Origin: Acidobacteriota bacterium | GTDB lineage: Bacteria; Acidobacteriota; Polarisedimenticolia; Gp22-AA2 | NCBI GenBank assembly: GCA_003223135.1 | Contig: QHXX01000038.1 | Span: 27,672-91,671 of the forward strand | DNA: 64,000 bases | Direction: 5' to 3' | Part shown: positions 1 to 9,760 of the stretch, piece by piece | Layout of the letters: every line of letters begins with the position of its first letter | Position numbering within the stretch: position 1 is the first letter of the stretch | Notes under the pieces: generated by a model | The model's input: only the letters and a program-made list of their open reading frames with translations | Databases searched by the model: none | Told to the model about the DNA's origin: nothing | Translations under genes and position numbers: made by a program

Positions 1-138
1 ATTGGGCACGAAGTGACCGTCCATGACGTCGAGGTGGAAGAGCTTCGCGCCGCCGGCCTCGGCGGCGGCGATCTCATCGGCCAGGTGGCCGAAATCGGCG
101 GTGAGGATCGAGGGGGCCAGCGCGGGTGTGGCGGGCAT
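1..138 (-). CDS. rpe: ribulose-phosphate 3-epimerase, N-terminal 46 codons (gene continues beyond window start)
   Basis: Reverse-strand translation from ATG at 138 reads [46 protein letters not shown], the classic Rpe N-terminus (APSIL.ADF ... [12 protein letters not shown]). Not in the ORF track because it is partial. Confidence 0.8.
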   Translation of the reverse strand, partial: MPATPALAPSILTADFGHLADEIAAAEAGGAKLFHLDVMDGHFVPN

Positions 139-178
139 CCGGGCGGCCGCGCGGTGCCCCGGTCTCTCCTTCACCACG

Positions 179-976
179 CTAGCCACCGCCACGGCCCCCG
201 CCGGCGATGGTGAGGGTCACGAGGTCGCCGGTGCGCACCGGGAATCCGGGCTCGGGATCCTGCGCGGCGACCGTTCCAGGAGCCGCTCCGCTCGCGGCAT
301 CGCGGCGCAGAGGTGCGGTGCGCACGCCCGCCCGGGCCAGGAACGCCAGCACCTCGGTCTCGCCGCGTCCCTTCAGGTCCGGCATGACGTAGGTCCGCGG
401 CGGCGCCCCGCGGCTGACCAGGAGAGCCACCTTCGCGTCTCGCAACCCGGCGCTCTCCGGGAGCGGATCCTGGGCGATCACCATGTTCTCCTCGACCCTG
501 CGGCTGTACACGTAGGCCTGGTCGCCCAGCTTCATTCCCTGCTGCTGCAGCGTGATCTGCGCCTTGCGCGCGGCCCCCCCGCGCAGTTCGGGGATCGAGT
601 TCACTTTATTTCCCAGACTGACCACGACCTTGACCTTGCGCTGCGGCTTGATCGCAGTCCCGGGCGCCGGATCCTGCGCCAGAATGCGCCCGGCATCCAC
701 CGACTCGTCGTTTCGCTGCGCCGCCTCCTCCAGGATCAGGCCGTTCTTCTTCAGCAACGACGACGCTTCCTCCGCGGTCAGGCGTGACAGATCCGGGACC
801 TCAACGTCGCGTCCGGAGACCGACTGCCTCACCGTCATGTAAGCGCTGAGCGCGCCGACCACCACGAGCAGGCCGGCGAACGCTCCGATCCAGGCCAGGA
901 GGACGACTCGCCGGCGCAGCTGATCCTTCTGGAAGTCGTTGAGGATACGGGCCTCCGCTCGTGATCCGGATGGCAT
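179..976 (-). CDS. membrane-anchored PASTA-domain protein (single TM plus 3 PASTA repeats, no kinase or transpeptidase domain)
   Basis: ORF 179..1291 trimmed to internal ATG ([17 protein letters not shown]...). TM helix [20 protein letters not shown], then three ~65-aa repeats each ending in a G-rich strand (KVKVVVSLG / KVALLVSRG / LVTLTIAGG). Sits between rsmB and rpe. Confidence 0.8.
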   Translation of the reverse strand: MPSGSRAEARILNDFQKDQLRRRVVLLAWIGAFAGLLVVVGALSAYMTVRQSVSGRDVEVPDLSRLTAEEASSLLKKNGLILEEAAQRNDESVDAGRILAQDPAPGTAIKPQRKVKVVVSLGNKVNSIPELRGGAARKAQITLQQQGMKLGDQAYVYSRRVEENMVIAQDPLPESAGLRDAKVALLVSRGAPPRTYVMPDLKGRGETEVLAFLARAGVRTAPLRRDAASGAAPGTVAAQDPEPGFPVRTGDLVTLTIAGGGRGGG

Positions 977-1013
977 GGTAACACAGCGGTCGGGTCGCGC
1001 CCAAGAAGCCTCC

Positions 1014-2390
1014 TCAGGTCTTTCGCAGGACGGCCGCAAAGAACCCATCCACGTCGTCGCGGTGCGGCAGGGTCGAGAGGAATCCCGTCTCGTCCACCAG
1101 CCGGTGAAGCGCAGGGGGCAGGATGGATCGAGCGTCCACGACCTCGAGATCTTTGCGCTCTCGCAGCACTTCGTCGATTCGCTCGGGCCCTTCTTCCGGC
1201 TCCAGGCTGCAGACGGAGTAGACCAGGTGCCCGGAAGGCGACAGGAGCTCGGCGGCGGCCATGAGTGCTTTGGCCTGGACACCGGTCGCAACAGAGATGT
1301 CCTCCCGGCTCCGCCGCCAGCGGATCTCGGGGTGGCGCCTGATCACGCCCGTCCCCGAGCAGGGAGCGTCGAGGAGCACCCGGCCGAAGTCGCCACGCAG
1401 GCCGGGGCGCGCGGCGTCCGTGACCACCTTGTGGATCCCGGTGATCCCGAGGCGCAGGGCATTGTCCCCGATCAGGCGCAGTCGCGCCGCGGAAACGTCG
1501 GTCGCGACCATCCGCGTGCCCGGCGGGAGCGTCTCTGCCGCGGCCAGGAACTTGCCGCCGGGCGCGGCGCACAGATCGAGCAGGCCGCCTTCGGGCTCGA
1601 TCGGCAGGAGGAGAAGCGTGACGATCTGGGCCGCCTCGTCCTGGATGTAGACGAGCCCGTCTCGGAACGTCCGTGTGTGCTGCGGCGCTCCCCGCACCAC
1701 GCGCAGGGCGCCCGGGAGAAGCGGCGACGGGACCACCTCGATCCCCTCGTCCTGAAGACGTCGCACCAGGGCCTCCGGGGACCCGGCGCGGCGCCCGGGA
1801 CGCAGGACGATCGGTGCCGGCCGGTTGAGCGTGTCGAGGAGGATCTCGCACTCCTGGCGCCCGAACCGGACCAGGTAGCGCTCGACGAGGTCGCGCGGGA
1901 AGGAGTACGTCTCGGCCAGAAACAGAGCCGTGTCGAGGGTCTCGTCAGGAAGAAGCGTGACCGGGTCCAGGCCGGTATCCAGCCACCGGCAGACGGATCG
2001 CAGAATGCCGTTGGCGAAAGCGGCGGCGCCACGGCCGCGCCGGGCGCGCACGAGTGACACGGCCTCGTCAACCGCCGCCGCGCGCGGCACGCGCGTCAGG
2101 AACAGGATCTGGAAGAGAGCCAGCCGGAGCGCGATGAGCGTGGGCGTGTCGACCTCCGAGAGGGGGCGGTTGGAGGTCTTCTCGACGAGCCGATCCAGAG
2201 CCCGCCTCTGGCGCAGCACGCCGTAGACGAGGGACGTGGCCAGGTGCCGCTCGCGGTCGTCCGGGAGGTCGATCTCCGCGAGGAGCGTGTTGCTGCTTCC
2301 GCCCCGGGACTCAACGGCCTCGAGGACGGCGAAGGCCGCGGCGCGCGCGCTATAGGCCAGGGGGCGCCTGGGCAAAGGTCTCACCCACAC
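1014..2390 (-). CDS. rsmB: 16S rRNA (cytosine967-C5)-methyltransferase RsmB/Sun
   Basis: N-terminal NusB-like region, SAM-binding motif LDLCAAPGGK, catalytic DAPCSGTGV; overlaps fmt 3' end as in many genomes. Confidence 0.9.
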   Translation of the reverse strand: MWVRPLPRRPLAYSARAAAFAVLEAVESRGGSSNTLLAEIDLPDDRERHLATSLVYGVLRQRRALDRLVEKTSNRPLSEVDTPTLIALRLALFQILFLTRVPRAAAVDEAVSLVRARRGRGAAAFANGILRSVCRWLDTGLDPVTLLPDETLDTALFLAETYSFPRDLVERYLVRFGRQECEILLDTLNRPAPIVLRPGRRAGSPEALVRRLQDEGIEVVPSPLLPGALRVVRGAPQHTRTFRDGLVYIQDEAAQIVTLLLLPIEPEGGLLDLCAAPGGKFLAAAETLPPGTRMVATDVSAARLRLIGDNALRLGITGIHKVVTDAARPGLRGDFGRVLLDAPCSGTGVIRRHPEIRWRRSREDISVATGVQAKALMAAAELLSPSGHLVYSVCSLEPEEGPERIDEVLRERKDLEVVDARSILPPALHRLVDETGFLSTLPHRDDVDGFFAAVLRKT

Positions 2391-3315
2391 GGATCAATCG
2401 CCCGTTGACCGCCTCGCGCGCCGTCATGGTCTTTCGGCCGGGAAACTGGACCTGCAGGATTCGCAGACGGCTGTCGCCCTGGCATTGGACGATGATCGAG
2501 TCCCGTGCGGCGATGACCTGACCGGGCGCCGGGCGCGGGGCGCGGGCCGCCATCGGCTCGAAGCTCACCTCGGCGCGGTGCACGGTCACCGGCCGGTCGC
2601 GCAGAAAGGTGACCGCCAGGGGCCAGGGATGGCAACCGCGCACCTGGTTGGCGATCTCCTGCGCGTTGCGCGACCAGTCGATCCTGCCGTCGGCTCGCGT
2701 GAGGGAGGGGGCAGGGCTGGCCTCCGCCGCGTCCTGCTTCCTCGGCTCCAAAACGCCGCGCGCGTGCGACTCGAGCGTTTGGGCCAGGAGCCCGGCGCCG
2801 AGATCGGCGAGCCGGCGGGCCAGCTCACCGGCGGTCTCGTCCAGGCCGATGGCGCACTCGCGCTGCAGCAGGATGTCGCCGGTATCGAGCCCCTGATCCA
2901 TTTTGATCGTGGTGACGCCGGTGACCTTTTCGCCCGCCATGATCGCCCGCGCGATCGGCGCGGCCCCGCGGTACTTCGGCAGGAGGGAAGCGTGCAGGTT
3001 GATGCACCAGCGCGGTGGTATCCGGAGGATCTCGGGCGGCAGGATCCGGCCGTAGGCGACCACGACCATCACCTCCGGCGCAAGCTTCAAGAGCGTCTCG
3101 AAGAAGCCGGGGTCCTTAGTCGATTCGGGTGTGAGGACCGGCAGGCCGGCCCGCTGCGCCTCTGCCTTGACGGGGGACGGCTCGGGTGTCGAGGACTGCC
3201 GCCGGCGCGGTCTGTCCGGCTGCGAGACGACCGAGACGATTTCGTGTCCGGCCTGAAGCATCGATCGCAGCGAGGGCAGGGCGAAATCGGGTGTCCCGAA
3301 GAAGACGATCCGCAT
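2350..3315 (-). CDS. fmt: methionyl-tRNA formyltransferase
   Basis: MRIVFFGTPDFALPSL start, formyltransferase core HASLLPKYRGAAPI, C-terminal Fmt domain; downstream of def. Confidence 0.95.
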   Translation of the reverse strand: MRIVFFGTPDFALPSLRSMLQAGHEIVSVVSQPDRPRRRQSSTPEPSPVKAEAQRAGLPVLTPESTKDPGFFETLLKLAPEVMVVVAYGRILPPEILRIPPRWCINLHASLLPKYRGAAPIARAIMAGEKVTGVTTIKMDQGLDTGDILLQRECAIGLDETAGELARRLADLGAGLLAQTLESHARGVLEPRKQDAAEASPAPSLTRADGRIDWSRNAQEIANQVRGCHPWPLAVTFLRDRPVTVHRAEVSFEPMAARAPRPAPGQVIAARDSIIVQCQGDSRLRILQVQFPGRKTMTAREAVNGRLIRVGETFAQAPPGL

Positions 3316-3397
3316 GCTCTCCCCTGCAGGGTGAGGCGACTGCGTGTCGGAGGCGGGTCTCCGGGAGCGGGGCCTCGACCCGGACCCGGACGGGATC

Positions 3398-3925
3398 CTA
3401 GGCGGGGACCAGGTCCCAGTCCCCGGCGCGCATCCGCTTCTGGACCCTTTTCTTGATGAGCCGGCGCTTCAGGGGGCTGAGGTGCTCGATGAACAGCCGG
3501 CCGTGCAGGTGGTCGATTTCGTGGTTGAAGGCGCGGGCCATGAGATCTCGCCCCTCCAGCGTGCGGATCTGGCCGTGCAGATCCATCGCTTCGATCACGC
3601 AGCGATCCGGCCGCGCCACCCGCTCCGTGAAACCGGGCAGGCTGAGGCAGCCCTCCTCGTCCGCGTGGGACCCGCTATTCTCCAGGATCCTCGGGTTGAT
3701 GAGGACGTGCACTTCCCCCGGCTTCTCACCGACGCTGAGGTCGACGACGGCGACTTGAAGCCCGACGCCCACCTGGTTGGCGGCCAGGCCGACACCCGGG
3801 GCGGCGTGCATCGTCTCGATCATGTCCCTGATGAGACGCTCGATGTCGGGTGTGATCTCGCGCACGGTCTCGGCTTCGATCGCGAGCACTTCGTGAGGGT
3901 AGCGGAGGATGGGCAGGATTGCCAT
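3398..3925 (-). CDS. def: peptide deformylase
   Basis: Motifs GVGLAANQVG, EGCLSLPG, HEIDHLHG (the three PDF signature motifs); start trimmed to MAILPILRYP. Confidence 0.95.
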   Translation of the reverse strand: MAILPILRYPHEVLAIEAETVREITPDIERLIRDMIETMHAAPGVGLAANQVGVGLQVAVVDLSVGEKPGEVHVLINPRILENSGSHADEEGCLSLPGFTERVARPDRCVIEAMDLHGQIRTLEGRDLMARAFNHEIDHLHGRLFIEHLSPLKRRLIKKRVQKRMRAGDWDLVPA

Positions 3926-3979
3926 GAGGGCGACTGATTTACCACACGCCCCACGACGCGTCAAGAAATGCCCGGTGGG

Positions 3980-6001
3980 TCAGTGCCCTTTGCCCTTGTC
4001 GTCGTTCTCCTGCGGCTTGGGCTGGCCTCTCGGAGCGGGTGGATGCGCCTGGGGCGGTCGCTCCGGGTGCGGTGGCTTCGCCTCGGGACGCGGCGCCCGG
4101 GCAGGAGGCGTCACGCGGGGCGCCTCGACGCGGGGACGACCGCGCACGCCGTCGAAGAGCCGTTCGATCGCCTCGTTCGAAGAAGCGCTCGGACGGCGCG
4201 CAGTGTCGCGCGGCGCCTCGCGCATCGGAGCGCTCTGGCCACGCCCCTGGTCACGCGGCTCGGAGCGTGGCGGATTGCGCGGTGGCTCCGGTGCTCGCGC
4301 CGGCGGGGCGGCATATTCCCGTCTCTGACCCTGGTCGCGCGCCGGCGGCGCGGTCCTCTGGCGCGACGGGGCGGACTCCCGTCCACGCGAACGATCCGGC
4401 TCGCCGGGGACAACGCGCGGTCCCGCCTGAGGGCGCGCTCCCTCTCTCGGCACCCAGGCAGGGCGGCCGCGCGGCTGCGCGGTGTCGCCGGGGCGCCTTT
4501 GGTTGCGGCCCGGGCCGACGGCGGGAACGCCCGGGCGAACGGCGGGACGCGGCTGGTGCAGGCGCGAGCGCTCCTGCGGCGAGGCCGATGCGGCGCCGCG
4601 GCGCGCGCGCGTCTCGCCAGCGCTTCTCTCCGCCGAGCGGAACGGCAGCGGCTTGTTGTCGCGACCCACGACCACCGGCAGCGGAGAGCGGTTCTGGCGG
4701 ACTGTCTCCACGAAGCGGGCGCCGCGCTCAGGACGGCCGGCGATATCGCGCGGATCGAACCGCGGCAGACGCGAAGTGAGGACCACGTCCGTGCCGCGGG
4801 GCAGGCGATCGACGCCTACCGCCGAACGCGGCGCGCGCGGGTTCGAGAACTGCCCCACCGGGACGAAGCGCCAGCCACGCGGCTGCAGCCGGGTCACGTT
4901 GACATTGACCACGTTGACGATGGTCGTGTCCTGGAACACCGGCCGGTTGTAGTAGTTCAGCGGGCACCAGCCGACATGCGACGGACCGACCGCGAAGCTG
5001 ACCCAGGCGCCGCTCCAGACACGACCCGGGATCCAGGCCCAGCCGACGTTGACGACGAAGTCCCAGCGTCCGTAGTGATAGGGCGCCCAACCCCAGGGGT
5101 CATAGGAGACCCACACCCAGCCGGTGCGGCACCAGGACCAGTAGCCGTTCACGTAAGGACCCCAGGATCCGGTGTACACGGGTCTCCACACCCAGCCGTA
5201 GTCCGGCACCTGGTGCCAGGAGCCGTAGGATGACAGCTCGCTGACGTACGGGTGGACCTCGTACGGAACCTCCTCGACGATCCTGTCGACCGGCTCGTCA
5301 CTGTCGCGCCTTAGGTAGGCTCCCAGGCGATCCTCGCAGAAGCGGTCGAAGTCGTCGAGGCGCGCCGTGTTGAACCGGCGCGGCTCCGAAGGAGCCCGAC
5401 CCGGTTGCACGCTGCCGCGCTCCCCGGAGCGCACCAGGACCGATCCGTCGTCCCCGGAAAGCTCCGCCACTCCGCGGAAGGAATACAACGTCACCACACC
5501 CTCATCGGTCTCGATCCGGAAGCTTCCCCCCGACAAGAGATAGACAGATCCTGCCTCCGTATCGACACGGAAGGTCTTGTTCTTGTTCTCAGAGTCGGGA
5601 GCCTCGATGCGAACCGCCCCGCCCTCCAGGGCGAGCAGATTGGTCGATTCGTAGCGGTTGTCGATGTCGGCGAGATTGCGCACGGTGAGGCGGGTGCTCC
5701 GGTCCAGCCAGAGGGTGGAGCCGTCGGACATTCCGATCTCGGCACGCCCGTCCTCGGTGCCCAGCCGGTCTCCCGGGACGACGGGGTCATTGACAGTGGC
5801 GTCCGTCAGGTCCCCTTGACTGGTCCTCTGCAGGGTCATGCTCCCGTCGAGGAAGCGCACCCTTCCGAAGGTCGAGCCGTACTCAGGGTCCTCGGCGCTG
5901 TCGTCCGCGCGCGACACGGTACCCCGGCCGCCGAACGACAGGAGGATGCCGAAGGTCAGAACCACGGGGACAATGCGTGCCCACTTCCGCCTGGTACACA
6001 T
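3980..6001 (-). CDS. secreted FecR-domain protein with W-rich WxxGxW-type repeats and Pro/Arg-rich disordered C-terminal tail
   Basis: Signal peptide MCTRRKWARIVPVVLTFGILLSFG; FecR-like beta region (DGSTLWLDRSTRLTV...FRVDTEAGSVYLLSGGSFRIE); Trp-rich block (YGWVWRPVYTGSWGPYVNGYWSW...WGWAPYHYGRW); about 230 aa P/R/A/E low-complexity tail. ORF-track start at 6007 is TTG; ATG at 6001 preferred. Confidence 0.6.
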   Translation of the reverse strand: MCTRRKWARIVPVVLTFGILLSFGGRGTVSRADDSAEDPEYGSTFGRVRFLDGSMTLQRTSQGDLTDATVNDPVVPGDRLGTEDGRAEIGMSDGSTLWLDRSTRLTVRNLADIDNRYESTNLLALEGGAVRIEAPDSENKNKTFRVDTEAGSVYLLSGGSFRIETDEGVVTLYSFRGVAELSGDDGSVLVRSGERGSVQPGRAPSEPRRFNTARLDDFDRFCEDRLGAYLRRDSDEPVDRIVEEVPYEVHPYVSELSSYGSWHQVPDYGWVWRPVYTGSWGPYVNGYWSWCRTGWVWVSYDPWGWAPYHYGRWDFVVNVGWAWIPGRVWSGAWVSFAVGPSHVGWCPLNYYNRPVFQDTTIVNVVNVNVTRLQPRGWRFVPVGQFSNPRAPRSAVGVDRLPRGTDVVLTSRLPRFDPRDIAGRPERGARFVETVRQNRSPLPVVVGRDNKPLPFRSAERSAGETRARRGAASASPQERSRLHQPRPAVRPGVPAVGPGRNQRRPGDTAQPRGRPAWVPREGARPQAGPRVVPGEPDRSRGRESAPSRQRTAPPARDQGQRREYAAPPARAPEPPRNPPRSEPRDQGRGQSAPMREAPRDTARRPSASSNEAIERLFDGVRGRPRVEAPRVTPPARAPRPEAKPPHPERPPQAHPPAPRGQPKPQENDDKGKGH

Positions 6002-6200
6002 GCTCAAAACCGCCTTTCCTTGGGCCCCTTCACCGAGCCCCGCCCTTTACATAAGCCAATTCTGTGCCACGGCGAGCAAAGTGCTCCACTCTTCCGAAGG
6101 CGGAATTTTCCCCCTCCCGCGTCCCATCGGCCGTGTCTCTGCTCGAAATGTCCACTGGCCGCAGGCCATCCGTCCTCCACTCTGGACAGCGGCGCGTCCG

Positions 6201-6230
6201 CTTGTCCGTCGCTCGAGGACGAGGCTATAC
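6201..6230 (+). promoter_or_regulatory. putative sigma70-type promoter (TTGTCC-N18-TATACT) 6-7 nt upstream of ATG, implying a leaderless mRNA
   Basis: AT-rich hexamers stand out in about 70% GC DNA; -10 TATACT ends about 6 nt before the start codon at 6237. Coordinates approximate (plus or minus 2). Confidence 0.35.
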
Positions 6231-6236
6231 TGGCGC

Positions 6237-6695
6237 ATGAACGTCGGTCCCCGCCTCCTGTGCCTGCTCCTGGCGCTGGCGACAGCGCTTCCAGTCGCGG
6301 CGGCTCCCCGCAAGGACAAACTGACCCGGGAGAAGGAGGAGAAGGGGAAGCCGAAGCTCACCCTGAAGGCCGATCCGGCCTTCGGCTTCACGCCGGTCAA
6401 TGTCACACTCACCGGCCACCTCGCGGGCGTCGATCTGCACGACCGGAACTTCTGCCACGCCGCGGTGACCTGGGTCCGAATTGACCCTGGCCAGAACGAG
6501 CGCGACAGCTTCAGGGTCCGCGAGGATCCTGCCTGCGTGCACCCGGACGAACAGATCTCGGTCGCCACGACGTTCACGAAGACGTTCGACCTGTACCGCC
6601 CGGGGTCGTACCTGATCCGGCTTGAGGTCCAGGCCAAAGACGGCACACGGGTCGTCTCGGCGTACACCCGTGTGGAGGTCCTTCGAGTCGAGTGA
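6237..6695 (+). CDS. small secreted hypothetical protein (about 152 aa, signal peptide, beta-rich)
   Basis: MNVGPRLLCLLLALATALPVAAAP signal peptide; non-artefactual composition (K/E/D/T/F/Y present); internal ATG of ORF 5838..6695. Confidence 0.5.
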   Translation: MNVGPRLLCLLLALATALPVAAAPRKDKLTREKEEKGKPKLTLKADPAFGFTPVNVTLTGHLAGVDLHDRNFCHAAVTWVRIDPGQNERDSFRVREDPACVHPDEQISVATTFTKTFDLYRPGSYLIRLEVQAKDGTRVVSAYTRVEVLRVE

Positions 6696-6721
6696 GCCGG
6701 CGGACTTTCGCTGAGCCGGGC

Positions 6722-8722
6722 TCACGGCGTCTCCTCAGGCGACGGCGGCTGGCCCAGCTTCTTGAGAAGGCTGTCCCTGACCCGCTCACGCAGCTTCTCC
6801 TTGGCCTTCTCTTTGGCGGTCTGCATCTGGCCTTGGGTATCAAGCCTGAACGTTGGGCTGGCGAGGTCGCCCTTCAGCGCGAAGTGGATGACCAGCCGGC
6901 CATTGTCGGTGAGCCCTCCCAGGCGCGCATTCTTATCCACCATGCCGCGCGTCGATTCCTCCGAAAAGCGCGCGGTGACGTCCAGGTCGAGCCTGGCGTC
7001 GAGCCCGACCCATCCCTTCCCCTCGAGGTCGAGGTCGGTGGAGTGCAGCGCCAGATCGTCGGTCCTGGCCCTGCCATCCGCAATCACCAGCGATGCCTTG
7101 AGGCTCTCGAACGGCGTGCTCTCCCGACCGATGCCCTTGCCGCCGGCGAGCTCCAGGAGCGCGGCGACCTGCTTCAGGACGCTGAAGGAGGTAATCGACC
7201 CGTCCGCCAGCTCCACGGCGCCGGTGCCGCGCGCTGTGTTGAGGATGGCGTCCATGCCCGCCCCGCTTGTGGCGAGGTCGAGGTTCCCGGCGAGTCGGCC
7301 CCGGATTAGGCCCTTCAGGGGCGGGTCGTAGGCGACGAGCAGCGGATCCACGTCGACCCCGTCCAGACGGGCCGCCAGCGCGTAGCGCGGCACGGCCCGC
7401 GAAATGTCGACGCTCGCCGATCCTTGCAGCGTCCCGCCGTAAAGAGACGTGCGCAGGTCCTTGAGCGAAAAAACGCTCTTCGCCAGCGACATCGTCGCGT
7501 TCACGTTCGACAGGTCGAACGTCTGGAAGCGGACCTGTTTGACCTCGAGACGGCCGGCGCCGCTGATCTGATCGACGATGCCGGTCGAAGCGCCGCCCGG
7601 CGCGGCCACCGCCGCTTGCGCGCCCGCCTGGGTTGCCGGCACCAGGGTGGCGATCATCTCGTTCAGGTCCAGGCGGGGCGATGTCAGCCTGAAACCGATG
7701 CGCGGCCGCATGAAGTCCTGCACTTGAAGACCGCCCTGAAGCGATGAGGACCCGGCGCGGACCTTGAAGTCCTTCCAGACGGCGCGGTCCCCATCCACCG
7801 ACAGCTCGCCCGACAAATCCTTCAACGGCAGCGCCATGCCGGCGTCCCGGTAGCTGAGGCCGTTCAGGGCGAGAGTCCCCTTGAAGCGGAGCGCCTCGGG
7901 ACGCTCGATGGGAACGTCGGCCGATCCGTCGAGGTCGATCGATCCGGCGACCTGAAGCCCGGACGGACGGGTCACGCCGAGCCACGGCAGGAGAGTCACG
8001 AAATCCTCCGCGCGGAGCCGGTGTCCCTTGGCCTGTAAGGAAAGGTGCGGTCTTTCTCCGCGCGCGTCGAGCCGCGCCTTGGCCTCCAGGATGCTGCTGC
8101 CGAGGCCCGCGGAAAGATCGAGATCGGTCGGGTTGTCCCCGCCCCAGCCGAGGATCGTCGCGTCCACGGGTGCGATGACGACCTCCGCGCGGCGGCCAGG
8201 CAGGACGGCGTCGTCGTACACGAGGACGCGGCCGGAGGTGACGCGCGCCTTGTCCACGACGACGAGGGCGCCGGCCTCGCCCGCACCCTCCGGGTGCGCC
8301 GCCGGGGCGGCCGAGGCGCGCGTGACCAGGTCGTCGAAGTTCCAGCGCCCGCGCGAATCGCGGATCAGAACCAAGGTCGGCTTGTGGAGTGCGATCGAGG
8401 TCACGCTGGCGCGGCCGCGCAGGAGACCAAGGAGACCCAGCCGCACCGACAATGACTCGGCCGACAGGGCCGTGCGATCTGGATAAGCGGCCGAGTCCGA
8501 AATCCGGATCGGCCCGCCCACCCGCAGCCCCGGCGTCGGCAGGAGGGTGAACGAGATCGTCCCCAGGCTGATCGTCCGCCCCGTGGCCTCCTGCACCCTG
8601 GCCACGATGAGCGGCCGGTAGCGGTTGACGTCCACCAGGAACGGCAGCGCGGCCGCGGCCAGGAGGACCAGACCGGCCAGAACGGCCGCGGCGACGAGCA
8701 GGCGTCGAACCACGCGGGACAC
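6722..8722 (-). CDS. AsmA-family outer-membrane assembly protein
   Basis: N-terminal anchor RVVRRLLVAAAVLAGLVLLAAAAL, AsmA N-domain (VDVNRYRPLIVARVQEATGRTISLG...), long beta-rich middle, AsmA_2-like C-terminus. GTG start with GAGGAGGGAG RBS. Confidence 0.75.
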   Translation of the reverse strand: MSRVVRRLLVAAAVLAGLVLLAAAALPFLVDVNRYRPLIVARVQEATGRTISLGTISFTLLPTPGLRVGGPIRISDSAAYPDRTALSAESLSVRLGLLGLLRGRASVTSIALHKPTLVLIRDSRGRWNFDDLVTRASAAPAAHPEGAGEAGALVVVDKARVTSGRVLVYDDAVLPGRRAEVVIAPVDATILGWGGDNPTDLDLSAGLGSSILEAKARLDARGERPHLSLQAKGHRLRAEDFVTLLPWLGVTRPSGLQVAGSIDLDGSADVPIERPEALRFKGTLALNGLSYRDAGMALPLKDLSGELSVDGDRAVWKDFKVRAGSSSLQGGLQVQDFMRPRIGFRLTSPRLDLNEMIATLVPATQAGAQAAVAAPGGASTGIVDQISGAGRLEVKQVRFQTFDLSNVNATMSLAKSVFSLKDLRTSLYGGTLQGSASVDISRAVPRYALAARLDGVDVDPLLVAYDPPLKGLIRGRLAGNLDLATSGAGMDAILNTARGTGAVELADGSITSFSVLKQVAALLELAGGKGIGRESTPFESLKASLVIADGRARTDDLALHSTDLDLEGKGWVGLDARLDLDVTARFSEESTRGMVDKNARLGGLTDNGRLVIHFALKGDLASPTFRLDTQGQMQTAKEKAKEKLRERVRDSLLKKLGQPPSPEETP

Positions 8723-8739
8723 CGGCGCTCCCTCCTCGA

Positions 8740-9699
8740 TTACCTGGCTTTCCCCTTGTCCTCCTCGTCCATGTAGGCTCTCGCCAGCCGGCGCGAGCGC
8801 GAGTACCCGAGGAGCGAGGAGAAGCGGGCCATCTTGATCTGTCGTCTCATCTCGCCGAGCTTCCTGCGGGCCGCCTCCTCCCCGTGGTTGATGCACTCGA
8901 CGATCGCCGAGAAGTCGGCCCAATGCACGTGGTCCACGTCCGGCTCGATCAGGACGTCCGCGAACCGGCACTGCATCGTCTTGAGGGCGTCGGACTTCAG
9001 CGCATTGGCGCGCACCATGATGTTGAGACCGCTCCGGAAACCGGTAGTGTCCTCGATTTCCTTCGAGACGTCCACACCGATGACCACGCTGGCCCCCAGG
9101 CGCAGGGCCGGGAGCACCGGCACCTTGCACATCCAACCGCCGTCGATCAAAAGCCTCCCATCGATCGGCACGGGGGGGAGGAGGCCGGGGACGGCGCTGC
9201 TGGCGCTGACCGCCGCGCGCAGGGACCCCTCGCGCAGGACGACCTCCTCGCCGCGGTTGATGTCGGTCGCCACCGCCGCGAACGGGATCGAGGTGTCCTC
9301 GATCCGCACGTCGTCCAGGATGGAATTGATGTTGTGCTCGAAGTGCTCGGCCGAGATCCAGGACGTTTTCGCCATCGAGAACGAGTAGAAGATCCCTTTC
9401 TTGACCAGCGAGACGAAGTTGTACAGGAGACCCGGGCGCGCCTGACGGCTCTCTTTGAGGAAGTCGAACCTGGACCTCTTGAACTCCTTGCTGAAGATGA
9501 AATCGCGGAAGCGTTTCTCCGTGGCGACGACGCTGCGCGTCGTGGCGTAGACGCCTCCGACGAGCGCCCCGACGCTCGTCCCGACGATGAGATCGATCGG
9601 GATCTGGTTCTCTTCCAGGACCTTCAAGACCCCGATATGGGCCAACCCGCGCGCCGCGCCGCCGCCCAGGGCCAGGCCGACCTTGAATCCTTCGAACAT
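8740..9699 (-). CDS. patatin-like phospholipase (RssA/YchK-like)
   Basis: GGGAARG oxyanion motif, GTSVGA nucleophile elbow (GxSxG), catalytic DGG; start trimmed to MFEGFKVGLALGGG. Confidence 0.85.
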   Translation of the reverse strand: MFEGFKVGLALGGGAARGLAHIGVLKVLEENQIPIDLIVGTSVGALVGGVYATTRSVVATEKRFRDFIFSKEFKRSRFDFLKESRQARPGLLYNFVSLVKKGIFYSFSMAKTSWISAEHFEHNINSILDDVRIEDTSIPFAAVATDINRGEEVVLREGSLRAAVSASSAVPGLLPPVPIDGRLLIDGGWMCKVPVLPALRLGASVVIGVDVSKEIEDTTGFRSGLNIMVRANALKSDALKTMQCRFADVLIEPDVDHVHWADFSAIVECINHGEEAARRKLGEMRRQIKMARFSSLLGYSRSRRLARAYMDEEDKGKAR

Positions 9700-9760
9700 C
9701 TCCGCACCACGCTCGTCGCGCTCTCTTCGCGCCCGCAAGCCTGCGCCGGCAGGATCCCGC

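Noticed and set aside
835-1851. Long antisense or alternate-frame ORFs, 300-800 aa, throughout the window. Examples: 835..1851 -, 6933..7985 -, 22213..23946 +, 25254..26888 +, 29476..31167 -, 31857..33521 +, 35150..37162 +, 38776..40371 +, 56613..58784 -, 58922..61219 -.
   Set aside because: Their products are R/A/G/P-rich low-complexity and match no family. They overlap well-supported genes on the other strand. They are the expected stop-codon-poor shadow frames of about 70% GC DNA.
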